Positions 26,882 to 35,284 of a stretch of DNA of 64,000 bases are shown here, piece after piece. Numbering within the stretch: position 1 is the stretch's first letter; each line of letters opens with the position of its first letter. The stretch lies in the IMG/VR virus record IMGVR_UViG_3300005805_000086, positions 1,547 through 65,546 of that record; one strand, given 5' to 3'. This DNA is from a virus. Taxonomy: Duplodnaviria > Caudoviricetes. Both the position numbers and the translations under genes were made by a program. The notes under the pieces were generated by a model. That model made no database searches, was not told where the DNA came from, and saw only the letters and a list, made by a program, of their open reading frames with translations.

Positions 26882-27148
26882 ATGCCGATTCAAGTACCTC
26901 GCTCAATCGAAGTCTGCGGAGTGAAGGTTGAATCGTTGGAGCAAGCAAGAAAAGCCATAATAGATGCATATGAGGCAGTCATTGGTAAGCCCCTTGGGTC
27001 TATGGAGCCATGCGAGTATTCCAGCGTAATCAAAGAATTAGATACAATCGGATTTTTCGCATTGCGTGGTGCTGCGACCTATCTTTCTAAGCGCATCGGT
27101 GTTTCTAAAGTTACTGTCTATAACGTTATTAAAAAAGACAGGCAATAA
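26882..27148 (+). CDS. HTH regulator resembling the C-terminal HTH_22 domain of YheO/DauR
   Basis: VIKELDTIGFFALRGAATYLSKRIGVSKVTVYNVI. Confidence 0.65.
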   Translation: MPIQVPRSIEVCGVKVESLEQARKAIIDAYEAVIGKPLGSMEPCEYSSVIKELDTIGFFALRGAATYLSKRIGVSKVTVYNVIKKDRQ

Positions 27149-27248
27149 TTACTGAAAGCTACTGTAACAAATATTTAAATACATGTAATATGTGACGTTC
27201 CCTTGCGTAGTTTATTCCCACTACGCTGTACTCGATTGGAGGCGACAC

Positions 27249-27413
27249 ATGTGCTTGTTTTTTTACATTTCCGGTGTAGCAACTGGCTATCTTGCCTGGC
27301 GACTAACTAGCGCCCCAAAGCTGTGGGACTCTGAAGAGGAAGCTAAATTTTGGAGATCGAAATGGATCTCTGCCCAAAATCAACTTGATAAACTTAATAT
27401 AGAAAAAGATTAG
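27249..27413 (+). CDS. Small membrane-anchored protein
   Basis: GGAGG SD, ATG 27249; hydrophobic N-terminus; upstream hairpin GCGTAGT/ACTACGC. Confidence 0.6.
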   Translation: MCLFFYISGVATGYLAWRLTSAPKLWDSEEEAKFWRSKWISAQNQLDKLNIEKD

Positions 27414-27430
27414 TCTCATATATTGACGGC

Positions 27431-27490
27431 TTGTGCTAGTCACTAGCAGCATGTACACTGCTCTTAGTTGAATTTAACTAGAGGAGTTGC
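27431..27490 (+). promoter_or_regulatory. Putative promoter with a 15-bp palindromic operator upstream of the DUF932 gene
   Basis: TTGTGC (27431-36), 17 nt, TACACT (27454-59); perfect palindrome TGCTAGT-C-ACTAGCA (27434-27448); SD GAGGAG. Confidence 0.45.
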
Positions 27491-27491
27491 G

Positions 27492-28541
27492 ATGTCTCAT
27501 GGCCTAGATAAAAACAGAGCAGGGAAAGTCAGAATGGCCTATTCTGATGTAGAAATTCCCTGGCATCGCATGGGAACTCCGGTTAAGGGTCTTGGTACTG
27601 CTTCCGAAATGCTGAGAGCCGCCGATGCAGATTATTCCGTTATTCTTACACAGGTAGCTGCGGTAGATGATAATGGCAATGTCATATTTACACAAAACGA
27701 ACAAGGACTTTCTGTTCCTTTAGTAGTAAATGACAGCAGAGCTACAGTACGATTAAACAGTGACGGCACTCACGATGCATTATCCACCGTTGGCACTCGT
27801 TACGTTGTTCAGCAAAATATTGACTGCCTTAACAGGGCGCTAGACATAGTTGGGGCTAGCTCTGGTGATGCAATCGTTGATACATGTGGAGTAATCGATC
27901 AGGGGCGCGAATTTTTTGCATCCATCGATATGGGCCCACTATCAATTGACCCATCTGGCATCAATGACCAAATACAGAGATATCTATTGGTCAGGAATGG
28001 ACATGATGGAAAGACACCAATTACCTATGCCAATACATCAGTTCGTGCTGTTTGTAAAAATACAGTGAATGCTGGAATGAAGTCGTCATTGCGTGTCTTT
28101 ACAGCAAGACATACAAAAAATCAAGATAATGTTGTCAATGAAGCACGCCAAGTTTTAGAGCTGTCCGCTGAATGGTCTAAAGACTTAGCTCAGACAGCGA
28201 AAAAAATGCTAACAATCCAGATTCCCGCTTCATCAATGAAACTTGATGCGCTAATTAATTCAATCTTCCCACCTAAAACAAACGAAAGCAATCGCCAAAG
28301 AAAGAACAGGGAAGAAATCAACGAGATAGTACGAATGCTTTATATTTCGGACAGAAATGCAGGAGGATTCGGGTTCAATGGTTGGTCGGCATACAACACA
28401 ATAGTTGAATATTTTGACCACTTTCGCGATGCGTCTCCAGACGACCGGGCAGTATCATCGATGGATCCGACATCATGGGTATCGAGAAAAAAGGAAGCTG
28501 CCCAGAATGCAATCCTTTCAATGGCTGGAGGATATTCGTGA
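27492..28541 (+). CDS. DUF932 / TIGR03299-like phage-plasmid protein
   Basis: MSH...PWHRMG, LSTVGTRYVVQQN, YLLVRNGHDG, VRAVCKNT, GWSAYNTIVEYFDH. Confidence 0.85.
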   Translation: MSHGLDKNRAGKVRMAYSDVEIPWHRMGTPVKGLGTASEMLRAADADYSVILTQVAAVDDNGNVIFTQNEQGLSVPLVVNDSRATVRLNSDGTHDALSTVGTRYVVQQNIDCLNRALDIVGASSGDAIVDTCGVIDQGREFFASIDMGPLSIDPSGINDQIQRYLLVRNGHDGKTPITYANTSVRAVCKNTVNAGMKSSLRVFTARHTKNQDNVVNEARQVLELSAEWSKDLAQTAKKMLTIQIPASSMKLDALINSIFPPKTNESNRQRKNREEINEIVRMLYISDRNAGGFGFNGWSAYNTIVEYFDHFRDASPDDRAVSSMDPTSWVSRKKEAAQNAILSMAGGYS

Positions 28542-28584
28542 GACAATTAGTCAGGCTTCATTCTTCGCTAAGGGGTGGTCGGCC

Positions 28585-29022
28585 ATGAATTTTGAAGAAG
28601 ACGATGAGAATGAGTTTTCTCGAGCTGACCTACTCAATTTTTTGGGTGAGTTCATAAGTCAGAATCGAGATGCCGATTTACTTTATCGGTCATCTCTTTG
28701 CGGAATCCTTGTTGGACGCATTTATGAAGAGTTCGGACAAGAGGGGCTGTGTGAGCTAATGATGCAAATAGATATCCGTGGTGGCTGGATATCTGACATC
28801 ATATTCGAGTCATCGGACTTTAATAATGCGCTCTTCAAGCGACATGGCATATATGACGACGACATTGTAATGAAAGCACGAAGCGCATCGACAATGAATG
28901 AAATGAATAAAAAAATTTGGCGCCTGAGAAGGAAGTACGCAAATATCATTGCCGATGAGATTATTAATGGCGGAGACCCCGTAGCTCTGGATGCCGAAAA
29001 GGAGACTGGAGAGGGGAAGTAG
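28585..29022 (+). CDS. Hypothetical protein
   Basis: ATG 28585; acidic helical ORF. Confidence 0.7.
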   Translation: MNFEEDDENEFSRADLLNFLGEFISQNRDADLLYRSSLCGILVGRIYEEFGQEGLCELMMQIDIRGGWISDIIFESSDFNNALFKRHGIYDDDIVMKARSASTMNEMNKKIWRLRRKYANIIADEIINGGDPVALDAEKETGEGK

Positions 29023-29282
29023 TGTCTCGATTTCTTGGGAGAATCGTAAAAATCTGCCCCCCATTTAGGGGAACGCAAGAGCAGATAATGAAGAACTACG
29101 ACACTCATACTTGGCGCGTCGTGGATATGGATCTGAGATTTTCGGTTCGTGGCATAGGAACATTTGTTGAATGTGAGGAATGCCAAATTATTGCAGATAC
29201 CGAATACGCAAAATATGAATGCGGTAAAGCTCCCGAGGGAATAATCTACGATGACTATATGCGTAGTTTGAATGGGCGCTAG
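29022..29282 (+). CDS. Hypothetical protein (H..CxxC..C motif)
   Basis: ORF coupled to the upstream stop; start uncertain. Confidence 0.55.
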   Translation: MSRFLGRIVKICPPFRGTQEQIMKNYDTHTWRVVDMDLRFSVRGIGTFVECEECQIIADTEYAKYECGKAPEGIIYDDYMRSLNGR

Positions 29283-29485
29283 TTATTTCTTAAAAGTTGC
29301 CTCATGAGCTCAATTTCATTTACTTGAGCCTGAATTATCGAGTAGGCAATTGACTCAACGTCATGATGATTGACGGTGCTAAGCATGTTTTTACACATCC
29401 TTACTGCCATTTCATGATGTTTGATCATCTCATTCAAAAAATCAATTTCATCGGATTTGAGTTTGTGATCTGATCTACTACTCAC
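29279..29485 (-). CDS. DUF305 (ferritin-like, CopM-like) single-repeat protein
   Basis: DFLNEMIKHHEMAVRM...IAYSIIQAQVNEIELM. Confidence 0.8.
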   Translation of the reverse strand: MSSRSDHKLKSDEIDFLNEMIKHHEMAVRMCKNMLSTVNHHDVESIAYSIIQAQVNEIELMRQLLRNN

Positions 29486-29793
29486 GACTCATACCCCCAC
29501 ATTTGGGCAAGCGTTGGTCGAATTGGGGATATTCCTCGACGACGTTGCTCTGCTGCCAGTTGCCTACTTGTGAGACCAGCCCATACTCCATGCATGTCAA
29601 CCGTTGGGAACTGTAATGCATATTCAAGACATGGTTCCTTGACGGGACATTCAGCACATAATGCTCGTGCTGCAACTATATAAGTAATGTCTTTGTGTTC
29701 TTTGGGGAACATCATTGATGTTTTTCCTCTACATGAGGCATCGTCCATCCATGATGTTTCTGAATCATTCAGGTTTTGTTGTTCGTTTTGCAT
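29482..29793 (-). CDS. whiB: WhiB-family transcription factor (copy 3)
   Basis: WMDDASC...CAECPVKEPC...HGVWAG. Confidence 0.92.
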   Translation of the reverse strand: MQNEQQNLNDSETSWMDDASCRGKTSMMFPKEHKDITYIVAARALCAECPVKEPCLEYALQFPTVDMHGVWAGLTSRQLAAEQRRRGISPIRPTLAQMWGYES

Positions 29794-30430
29794 TTCCCTT
29801 TGTCCGTGTCGATGGGGTAGCCATTGACGTATCCTGGATAATCACATTGTAAGGAAATCCACTATGTGGATCATGTTTGGCGGCAATAGCAATTGCTTTT
29901 GTTGCATGTTTTTTTGCTTGCTGTAGCGTGGTTGGCTTTGGGCACAATATTCCAAGTGCGCCAATTGCGTATGCTGAACCAGTACCAATTGCATAAATTC
30001 CACTACTATCCGTAAACCACGAATAATCATTATCGACTTGATAAATCGTTCGATTAATCGCAACGAGGAGCGTAGAACCAGCTTCAATTGATCTTGGATT
30101 ATTGGATTCCGTAGCTACGTATGAGTATCCATTGAGTTCATAGCACGAGCGTAATGCTGGTATAAACTTAGTGGTGAAGAACTCATCTAGCTTTTTGCCA
30201 CGCATAGACGGTGGTGGGCTTGGTGGTTGGAAGGCATATGTAATTAGGTTTATGGCCCGAACATCGCCAGCAATCCCTATGTGATACGGGCCGATGCAGG
30301 CAATCTTAGACATAGATGACGAAAGTGTCTGAACACTCGAGGTATATCCCTCATTGTCAATCGAGGATATACGACTATCGGCACACAAAACGGCGTATCC
30401 ATCCCCCGTGATGCCAATAACTGTCGTCAT
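29765..30430 (-). CDS. Proteasome beta / HslV-like N-terminal-threonine protease
   Basis: M-TTVIG (Thr1), ADSR, MSK, IAGD, AIGTGS..A.GAL. Confidence 0.85.
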   Translation of the reverse strand: MTTVIGITGDGYAVLCADSRISSIDNEGYTSSVQTLSSSMSKIACIGPYHIGIAGDVRAINLITYAFQPPSPPPSMRGKKLDEFFTTKFIPALRSCYELNGYSYVATESNNPRSIEAGSTLLVAINRTIYQVDNDYSWFTDSSGIYAIGTGSAYAIGALGILCPKPTTLQQAKKHATKAIAIAAKHDPHSGFPYNVIIQDTSMATPSTRTKGNAKRTTKPE

Positions 30431-30431
30431 G

Positions 30432-31640
30432 TCACTTAGCCTTTTTGGCTATCCTGCTCTTTGGTTTCGTGGTCGTGGCTTCTTCCTTGGCCGAAAATTC
30501 TTGACCACGGAACATTCCCCATCCACTGTAGATTGGCATGCACTCATAGGAAAACTTATGATCACCAGAGTCTTCGTACATGACAATGCCCAGGCCCTGC
30601 TGCCAATTTTCATGACGAGTTAATGGCCTCCCGTCCAAATCGACACCACCCTTAGTGCTGGGGATTGCACCATCAATTCGGGCAAGACAGCCCGGTGATG
30701 CGGCCATTATTGTTCGTGGACCATCCCAATCCTCACGTGTCTTGAATGCGCACTCAATGCGGTGAATGTGACCGTAGATAACGCTGCTCTTCTCGGCGTT
30801 CAAATACACGTGCGCCGTGGAGCCGGAACTCTTCACGCGGTCACCGTGAATAATGCGGAGTTTTTTATTCACCCAAATATCTGATGCCGGATAACCGGGA
30901 CGATACTCAACATCAAAGTCCTCCATTCTGCATAGGAATGGGACGGAAAGAACGGGCCATGATTCTGGCGTATTTCCACGGCGCAAACCATAAGCAGCCG
31001 TAGCATTTTGGACAATATACTTTGGCATGCGTTCTTCGTGATTGCCAGCAAGCCATACAATTTTTGCTGTCGGAGCAGCCGCACGCAACTCTGCACAAAA
31101 TAACGTTGCTCGGTCTATCGTTGCCTGCGTTGTTAGTGCGTAACTTGGATAGGTGACATACTTGCCCATTTCCGGAAGGTCCAGATTGTCGCCAACGCAA
31201 ACAACCAAATCAGGATTGAGATGCTCGATGACAGACAGTGCGACACCGATTGCTTGTTCATCGTGCGTCGGCTCCAGAACTCCTTCTTTATTTCGGAAGA
31301 AACCAAATTGAATATCTGGAACAACTATGCAAGTTTTGAATGAATCATTACGCTGTGGTTTGACTTTTGTTTTCGGAATATTGACGGATGGTCCTCGCTG
31401 AATGACTTGCCATTCTGGGCCAGATTCCCACTTGGGACTTATCTGAATTGCCGCAAGGTCAACTACTTGCGGGTCACCATTTTCATCCTTGAGCATCGAC
31501 TGGTAAATGGAGATCCTCTTAATCTCCCCAATTTCATTAATATCGATCTGCTTTGCCTCTAGCAAATCCGCTATGGCGCCAAGTGTTTTTGTACGCGATC
31601 CAGACGATGAGGCCTGAGATAGCTTGTCGGATAATGACAT
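30432..31640 (-). CDS. Calcineurin-like metallophosphoesterase
   Basis: PDIQ, GDNLD, GNHEE, IHG, GHIH motifs; TGATG coupling gives the start at 31640. Confidence 0.9.
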   Translation of the reverse strand: MSLSDKLSQASSSGSRTKTLGAIADLLEAKQIDINEIGEIKRISIYQSMLKDENGDPQVVDLAAIQISPKWESGPEWQVIQRGPSVNIPKTKVKPQRNDSFKTCIVVPDIQFGFFRNKEGVLEPTHDEQAIGVALSVIEHLNPDLVVCVGDNLDLPEMGKYVTYPSYALTTQATIDRATLFCAELRAAAPTAKIVWLAGNHEERMPKYIVQNATAAYGLRRGNTPESWPVLSVPFLCRMEDFDVEYRPGYPASDIWVNKKLRIIHGDRVKSSGSTAHVYLNAEKSSVIYGHIHRIECAFKTREDWDGPRTIMAASPGCLARIDGAIPSTKGGVDLDGRPLTRHENWQQGLGIVMYEDSGDHKFSYECMPIYSGWGMFRGQEFSAKEEATTTKPKSRIAKKAK

Positions 31641-31906
31641 CAGTTTTCTCCTATTGTTGGAATACCGCATTTGCATGGGTAAGCGCCAGTAATACACAGT
31701 CGTCCACGCGTCATTGCGTCGCGGGATACAGGTATTCCTTCCGTTCTTAATGTTTCACAAATTGCCCTTATCGATACCGTCGAGTCTGCAAGAGCTCCTA
31801 TAAGGGCAGTCTTATCGTCCGTCGAAAGGTCAGCGAGAATATGTGGTATTCGGCACTGATGCTTCTGTGAGCGCGAATTGATTGCATTTAATTTATCAGC
31901 TAACAT
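31640..31906 (-). CDS. Small HTH-like hypothetical protein
   Basis: SIRAICETLRTEGIPVSRDAM; terminal CKC. Confidence 0.6.
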   Translation of the reverse strand: MLADKLNAINSRSQKHQCRIPHILADLSTDDKTALIGALADSTVSIRAICETLRTEGIPVSRDAMTRGRLCITGAYPCKCGIPTIGEN

Positions 31907-31977
31907 AATCCCCTCCCGATTATCGATGTGGTGTAACCTCGAGAGTAGATCATATGTTCAGTAGGAGGTGTGGATCA

Positions 31978-32286
31978 ATGCAGATTAACGATTTGTTAAC
32001 TATGTGGTCCGATGATAGTAAATACACTACTAAACCAAATATATTGACTACCAATATGAGGGTGTTGATGCTGATTGCCCTCGATAATGAGATAACCCAA
32101 ATTGCAATGTCGGTTATTTTGCGAGTTTCCGAGACGGCAATAGAAAAAGCGGTTGCAAATTTGGAAAGTGACGGTATCGTCATCGTCGAAAGAAGTGGTC
32201 GAAGGAATCGCTACGTTGTTGATAACAACGTACTCAATAGCCACAGAGAAATCATCGCACTGAAGGAATTTATAGAAAATGTTTAA
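31978..32286 (+). CDS. MarR-like winged-helix protein
   Basis: TQIAMSVILRVSETAIEKAVANLESDGIVIVERSGRRNRY. Confidence 0.75.
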   Translation: MQINDLLTMWSDDSKYTTKPNILTTNMRVLMLIALDNEITQIAMSVILRVSETAIEKAVANLESDGIVIVERSGRRNRYVVDNNVLNSHREIIALKEFIENV

Positions 32287-32530
32287 ACGCGGATCAAACA
32301 CACATAGCCTTCTAATGGTAGCCAAAATGCTCAGAAAACCATTTACGGAGTCGGAAATAACCTATATTCTCGGAGTGTTCGATGGGCCAGCAAAAGTCAG
32401 GAGATCGGCTAAAGTTTTAGTTGATCTTGGGTTTCTTGCTGAATGCGAAAATGGAAAATGGGTAATAACGCAGAGTGGGATAGATGCCGTCTACGCAAAC
32501 GCAACCAAGTCAGAGACGCACTACAGTTAG
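32279..32530 (+). CDS. Winged-helix-like small protein
   Basis: LVDLGFL...KWVITQSG. Confidence 0.55.
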   Translation: MFKRGSNTHSLLMVAKMLRKPFTESEITYILGVFDGPAKVRRSAKVLVDLGFLAECENGKWVITQSGIDAVYANATKSETHYS

Positions 32531-32535
32531 CAAAT

Positions 32536-32880
32536 TTATCGCCCCATTCTGGATTCCATCCATGAATGAAAAACCTCATCATTGAGCGGCACAAACCACA
32601 GTTGCGACTCATCTAGGTCAGTCGGATCACCAACGAGCGACCAGCATATTTCGAGCATTTCACTTGCCATACATGAACCGACATTGCAGTCCATGCCAAA
32701 TCTGTGAATAAAGTACTTGACGGCACACCCATATCTCGCTGAGTAGCATGCAGCATTAGAAGAATCTAGATGTGGACACGATATATCATAAACTTCAAGT
32801 TCTGATTTTACGATACGTAAAAATATCCTATGGCCATCGTTGTTCCACAGCATTTCGCTGTCATGAATAAGGTTAGCCAA
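32536..32880 (-). CDS. Hypothetical Cys-containing protein
   Basis: 114-aa ORF at the end of the late operon. Confidence 0.65.
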   Translation of the reverse strand: MANLIHDSEMLWNNDGHRIFLRIVKSELEVYDISCPHLDSSNAACYSARYGCAVKYFIHRFGMDCNVGSCMASEMLEICWSLVGDPTDLDESQLWFVPLNDEVFHSWMESRMGR

Positions 32881-32945
32881 GGCTTGTCCTTTTGTTGAGA
32901 TTTATAATTTTCAGCCACATTTTTGACATGGCGGATTTCACTGTA

Positions 32946-33194
32946 TCAGGCTGGGTTCTCTTCCTCAACCTCATGAAATACAGCGTCCATTTCCGCTACA
33001 GATATTGTACCGTCATTCAGGTACGCTCGGGCCAAACCTTCTATAACTTGAGCAACTCCACCAATTCCGGCCATCATCACGGCCTTCCATAGTGGGATAT
33101 TGGCAATCGCCCCAGCTCCGACTACACCCAACCCAGATACTGTAAAAGTGGCCAGGATTCTCCATAAAATTGGTTTTACATTATTTAGTTTCAT
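32946..33194 (-). CDS. Small 2-TM membrane protein (holin-like)
   Basis: Two hydrophobic helices; ATG 33194. Confidence 0.55.
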   Translation of the reverse strand: MKLNNVKPILWRILATFTVSGLGVVGAGAIANIPLWKAVMMAGIGGVAQVIEGLARAYLNDGTISVAEMDAVFHEVEEENPA

Positions 33195-34584
33195 TATTGT
33201 CACCACCAAATTTCTGACTGATCAATTTTATTACATATCCAGATAGGAGTAGTGCAATTATGAAGAAAAACCACCTAGAGTGTGGCATCCCTGTGGTCGG
33301 CAGCGAGGGCGCCTCATACCCATGATCGTGTGAACTGTGGTCATGAATTGTTGTTGGCACAACGGGGTCAGTATTGTCTGGGGCCGTAGTCGGTGCAACG
33401 GTCGTTGGCGCTGGTTCAGTCGTTGTGGTGGGCACCTCTGTCGTAGTCGTTGGTGCGACGGTTGTTGATGCTGGAATCGTTGTTACCGGAGGATTCCATG
33501 AAACCGTTGCCGAAACTGTTTTGGCGACATTATTTACAGTTGCGGTTGCTGTATATACGGCAGTTCCGGTGCTATTCGTACGTACAGTTATTGTCGCAAT
33601 TCCACTTGCATTTGTGGTAGCCGTGAAAGTCTGACCAGCGTCTGGTCCAGCGCTTACAGTCACAGTCACTACAACCCCAGATTGAGGAACTCCAGCAAGT
33701 GTTTGTGCAGTAGCGGTAATTACGAGGTCTTCGCCAGCATTTGGGCTCTGTGGGGAGATGCTAAGAGTGAAAGAACTTGGAAGCGATACGGAACCACCAC
33801 CAATAGAGACTGCCTTGCGTGTTCCTGGTGCGGATTCCCCTGGTCCAGGATATGGGTAGTCAACAAGAGTCTTGAGTGTTCCAACATTGCCAGTAAAGTA
33901 TCCGTGCCAACATGCTGCGACAAGGGTATCGCTAAGACCAAAATCAGCAATACCATCAGCAGTTGCCTCTGGCCCACCGTTACATCCACCGTTGTTAAAT
34001 ACCGCACTTGGAAGTAGTGCTGTTAGCCAGCCGTATGTTCCATTATTCGCAAATAGACCGCCACCACTATTGACATAGTCGGCAATTTTTTCAGCGTTTG
34101 TTGTAAATATTCCTTCAGTTGTAGATGTTCTATTCCAGTTATCTGGAATCCATAACACAGCGGGGGGATTTGACGCAATGGTAGTGGCGAAGAAAGCATT
34201 AATTTGAGCATCGGTTACATAGAAGTCAATAACTGGCGCCGTTGTAAATTCGGCAAGGAACTGTGAACTAAGTTGCGTTGCCCAGGTAGCACCACAGGAT
34301 GTGGTTGTCGCATTGGAGCCAACAATAGCAATATGTCCATTATTTGGATTTACTGCTCCGTCATGGACCTTCTTGAGAACCTTGGCAATGTACTGGCCGG
34401 TCGACTCCCAGCCAGAGTGACAGACTGGGTCCATTCCATCAAGAACAATTGGACCCCCCGTTCCCGTTCCGCTTGCACTGACACGTGCTGGACTTACTGG
34501 GGTTGGAGTGTCTGTTAAAGACAAAATCCCAAATAGTCCAAAAACTCCGCACAGAATGATAGATACTTGCTTGAATAACTTCAT
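33181..34584 (-). CDS. Secreted surface protein: N-terminal domain + Ig-like (Big_1) domain + Thr/Pro linker + LPTTG sorting signal
   Basis: Signal peptide; GVVVTVTV..GP...TATTNASGIATIT (Big_1-like); LPTTG at 33289-33303 followed by a hydrophobic helix and basic residues. Confidence 0.8.
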   Translation of the reverse strand: MKLFKQVSIILCGVFGLFGILSLTDTPTPVSPARVSASGTGTGGPIVLDGMDPVCHSGWESTGQYIAKVLKKVHDGAVNPNNGHIAIVGSNATTTSCGATWATQLSSQFLAEFTTAPVIDFYVTDAQINAFFATTIASNPPAVLWIPDNWNRTSTTEGIFTTNAEKIADYVNSGGGLFANNGTYGWLTALLPSAVFNNGGCNGGPEATADGIADFGLSDTLVAACWHGYFTGNVGTLKTLVDYPYPGPGESAPGTRKAVSIGGGSVSLPSSFTLSISPQSPNAGEDLVITATAQTLAGVPQSGVVVTVTVSAGPDAGQTFTATTNASGIATITVRTNSTGTAVYTATATVNNVAKTVSATVSWNPPVTTIPASTTVAPTTTTEVPTTTTEPAPTTVAPTTAPDNTDPVVPTTIHDHSSHDHGYEAPSLPTTGMPHSRWFFFIIALLLSGYVIKLISQKFGGDNNETK

Positions 34585-34605
34585 TTATTGCCCCTTTGTT
34601 TAACA

Positions 34606-34782
34606 TTATGAAAATTCGCCCTTTGCATGGTCATTTATATGACCGTCTATTTTTGTTTCAATGCGTGATAATGACTCAACAACAAGATTGTGGTCGTTCT
34701 TGTTTTCGCGTCGCCCCTTCTCGACGAGAGCAACTAAAATGATGCTTACCGCACCAATGAGGGCGACAACTATCTCAATCAT
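34606..34782 (-). CDS. Small N-terminal-TM + coiled-coil protein (lysis-cassette type), not in the ORF track
   Basis: Manual translation: MIEIVVALIGAVSIILVALVEKGRRENKNDHNLVVESLSRIETKIDGHINDHAKGEFS (58 aa). Confidence 0.75.
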   Translation of the reverse strand: MIEIVVALIGAVSIILVALVEKGRRENKNDHNLVVESLSRIETKIDGHINDHAKGEFS

Positions 34783-35066
34783 TCTTCTGGCTCTTGTGAT
34801 GCATGGTTTTCATCGTTGTTTCTTTTGCCACGACCCTGAATCATGAGGCCAGCCAGAGTTCCAGTAATAAATGTTGCTACGTTTGAGAGAACGCCAAAAA
34901 ACATTTTGTCATTTTCCGCCTGTGCACCAATCGGCTGGGTAACAAAAATAAGAGCATACAAAATTGCAATAGTTGTTGTCAAGAGAACTGAACCCAATAT
35001 GCAGCCAATAACAAACTTAAGGCGCGCATCAAGCTCTTCTTCAGAATATCTACGTCGGCCACTCAT
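34779..35066 (-). CDS. 2-TM membrane protein
   Basis: ATG 35066 coupled to the upstream TGA; two long hydrophobic helices. Confidence 0.7.
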   Translation of the reverse strand: MSGRRRYSEEELDARLKFVIGCILGSVLLTTTIAILYALIFVTQPIGAQAENDKMFFGVLSNVATFITGTLAGLMIQGRGKRNNDENHASQEPEE

Positions 35067-35263
35067 CCTGCGTCCTCCTCGTTCCAACCAAGGATGTCTG
35101 ATGTGCACGTTCCTGTTACTTTGCATTTTGGTGGAACGCACTCTTCGTTCTCCCAGTTTTCTGGGTCCTGACATGAGTACCTGAAATGCCCGTCGTATCC
35201 ACATGATGAAAGCGCTCCTAGCGGGAATACGGCCAACGAAAGTAGCAACAATTTAATTTTCAC
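35063..35263 (-). CDS. Small Cys-rich lipoprotein
   Basis: MKIK + hydrophobic segment + LSS-C lipobox; four further cysteines. Confidence 0.75.
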   Translation of the reverse strand: MKIKLLLLSLAVFPLGALSSCGYDGHFRYSCQDPENWENEECVPPKCKVTGTCTSDILGWNEEDAG

Positions 35264-35284
35264 ATTGCCCCTTTCTGCTAGATT

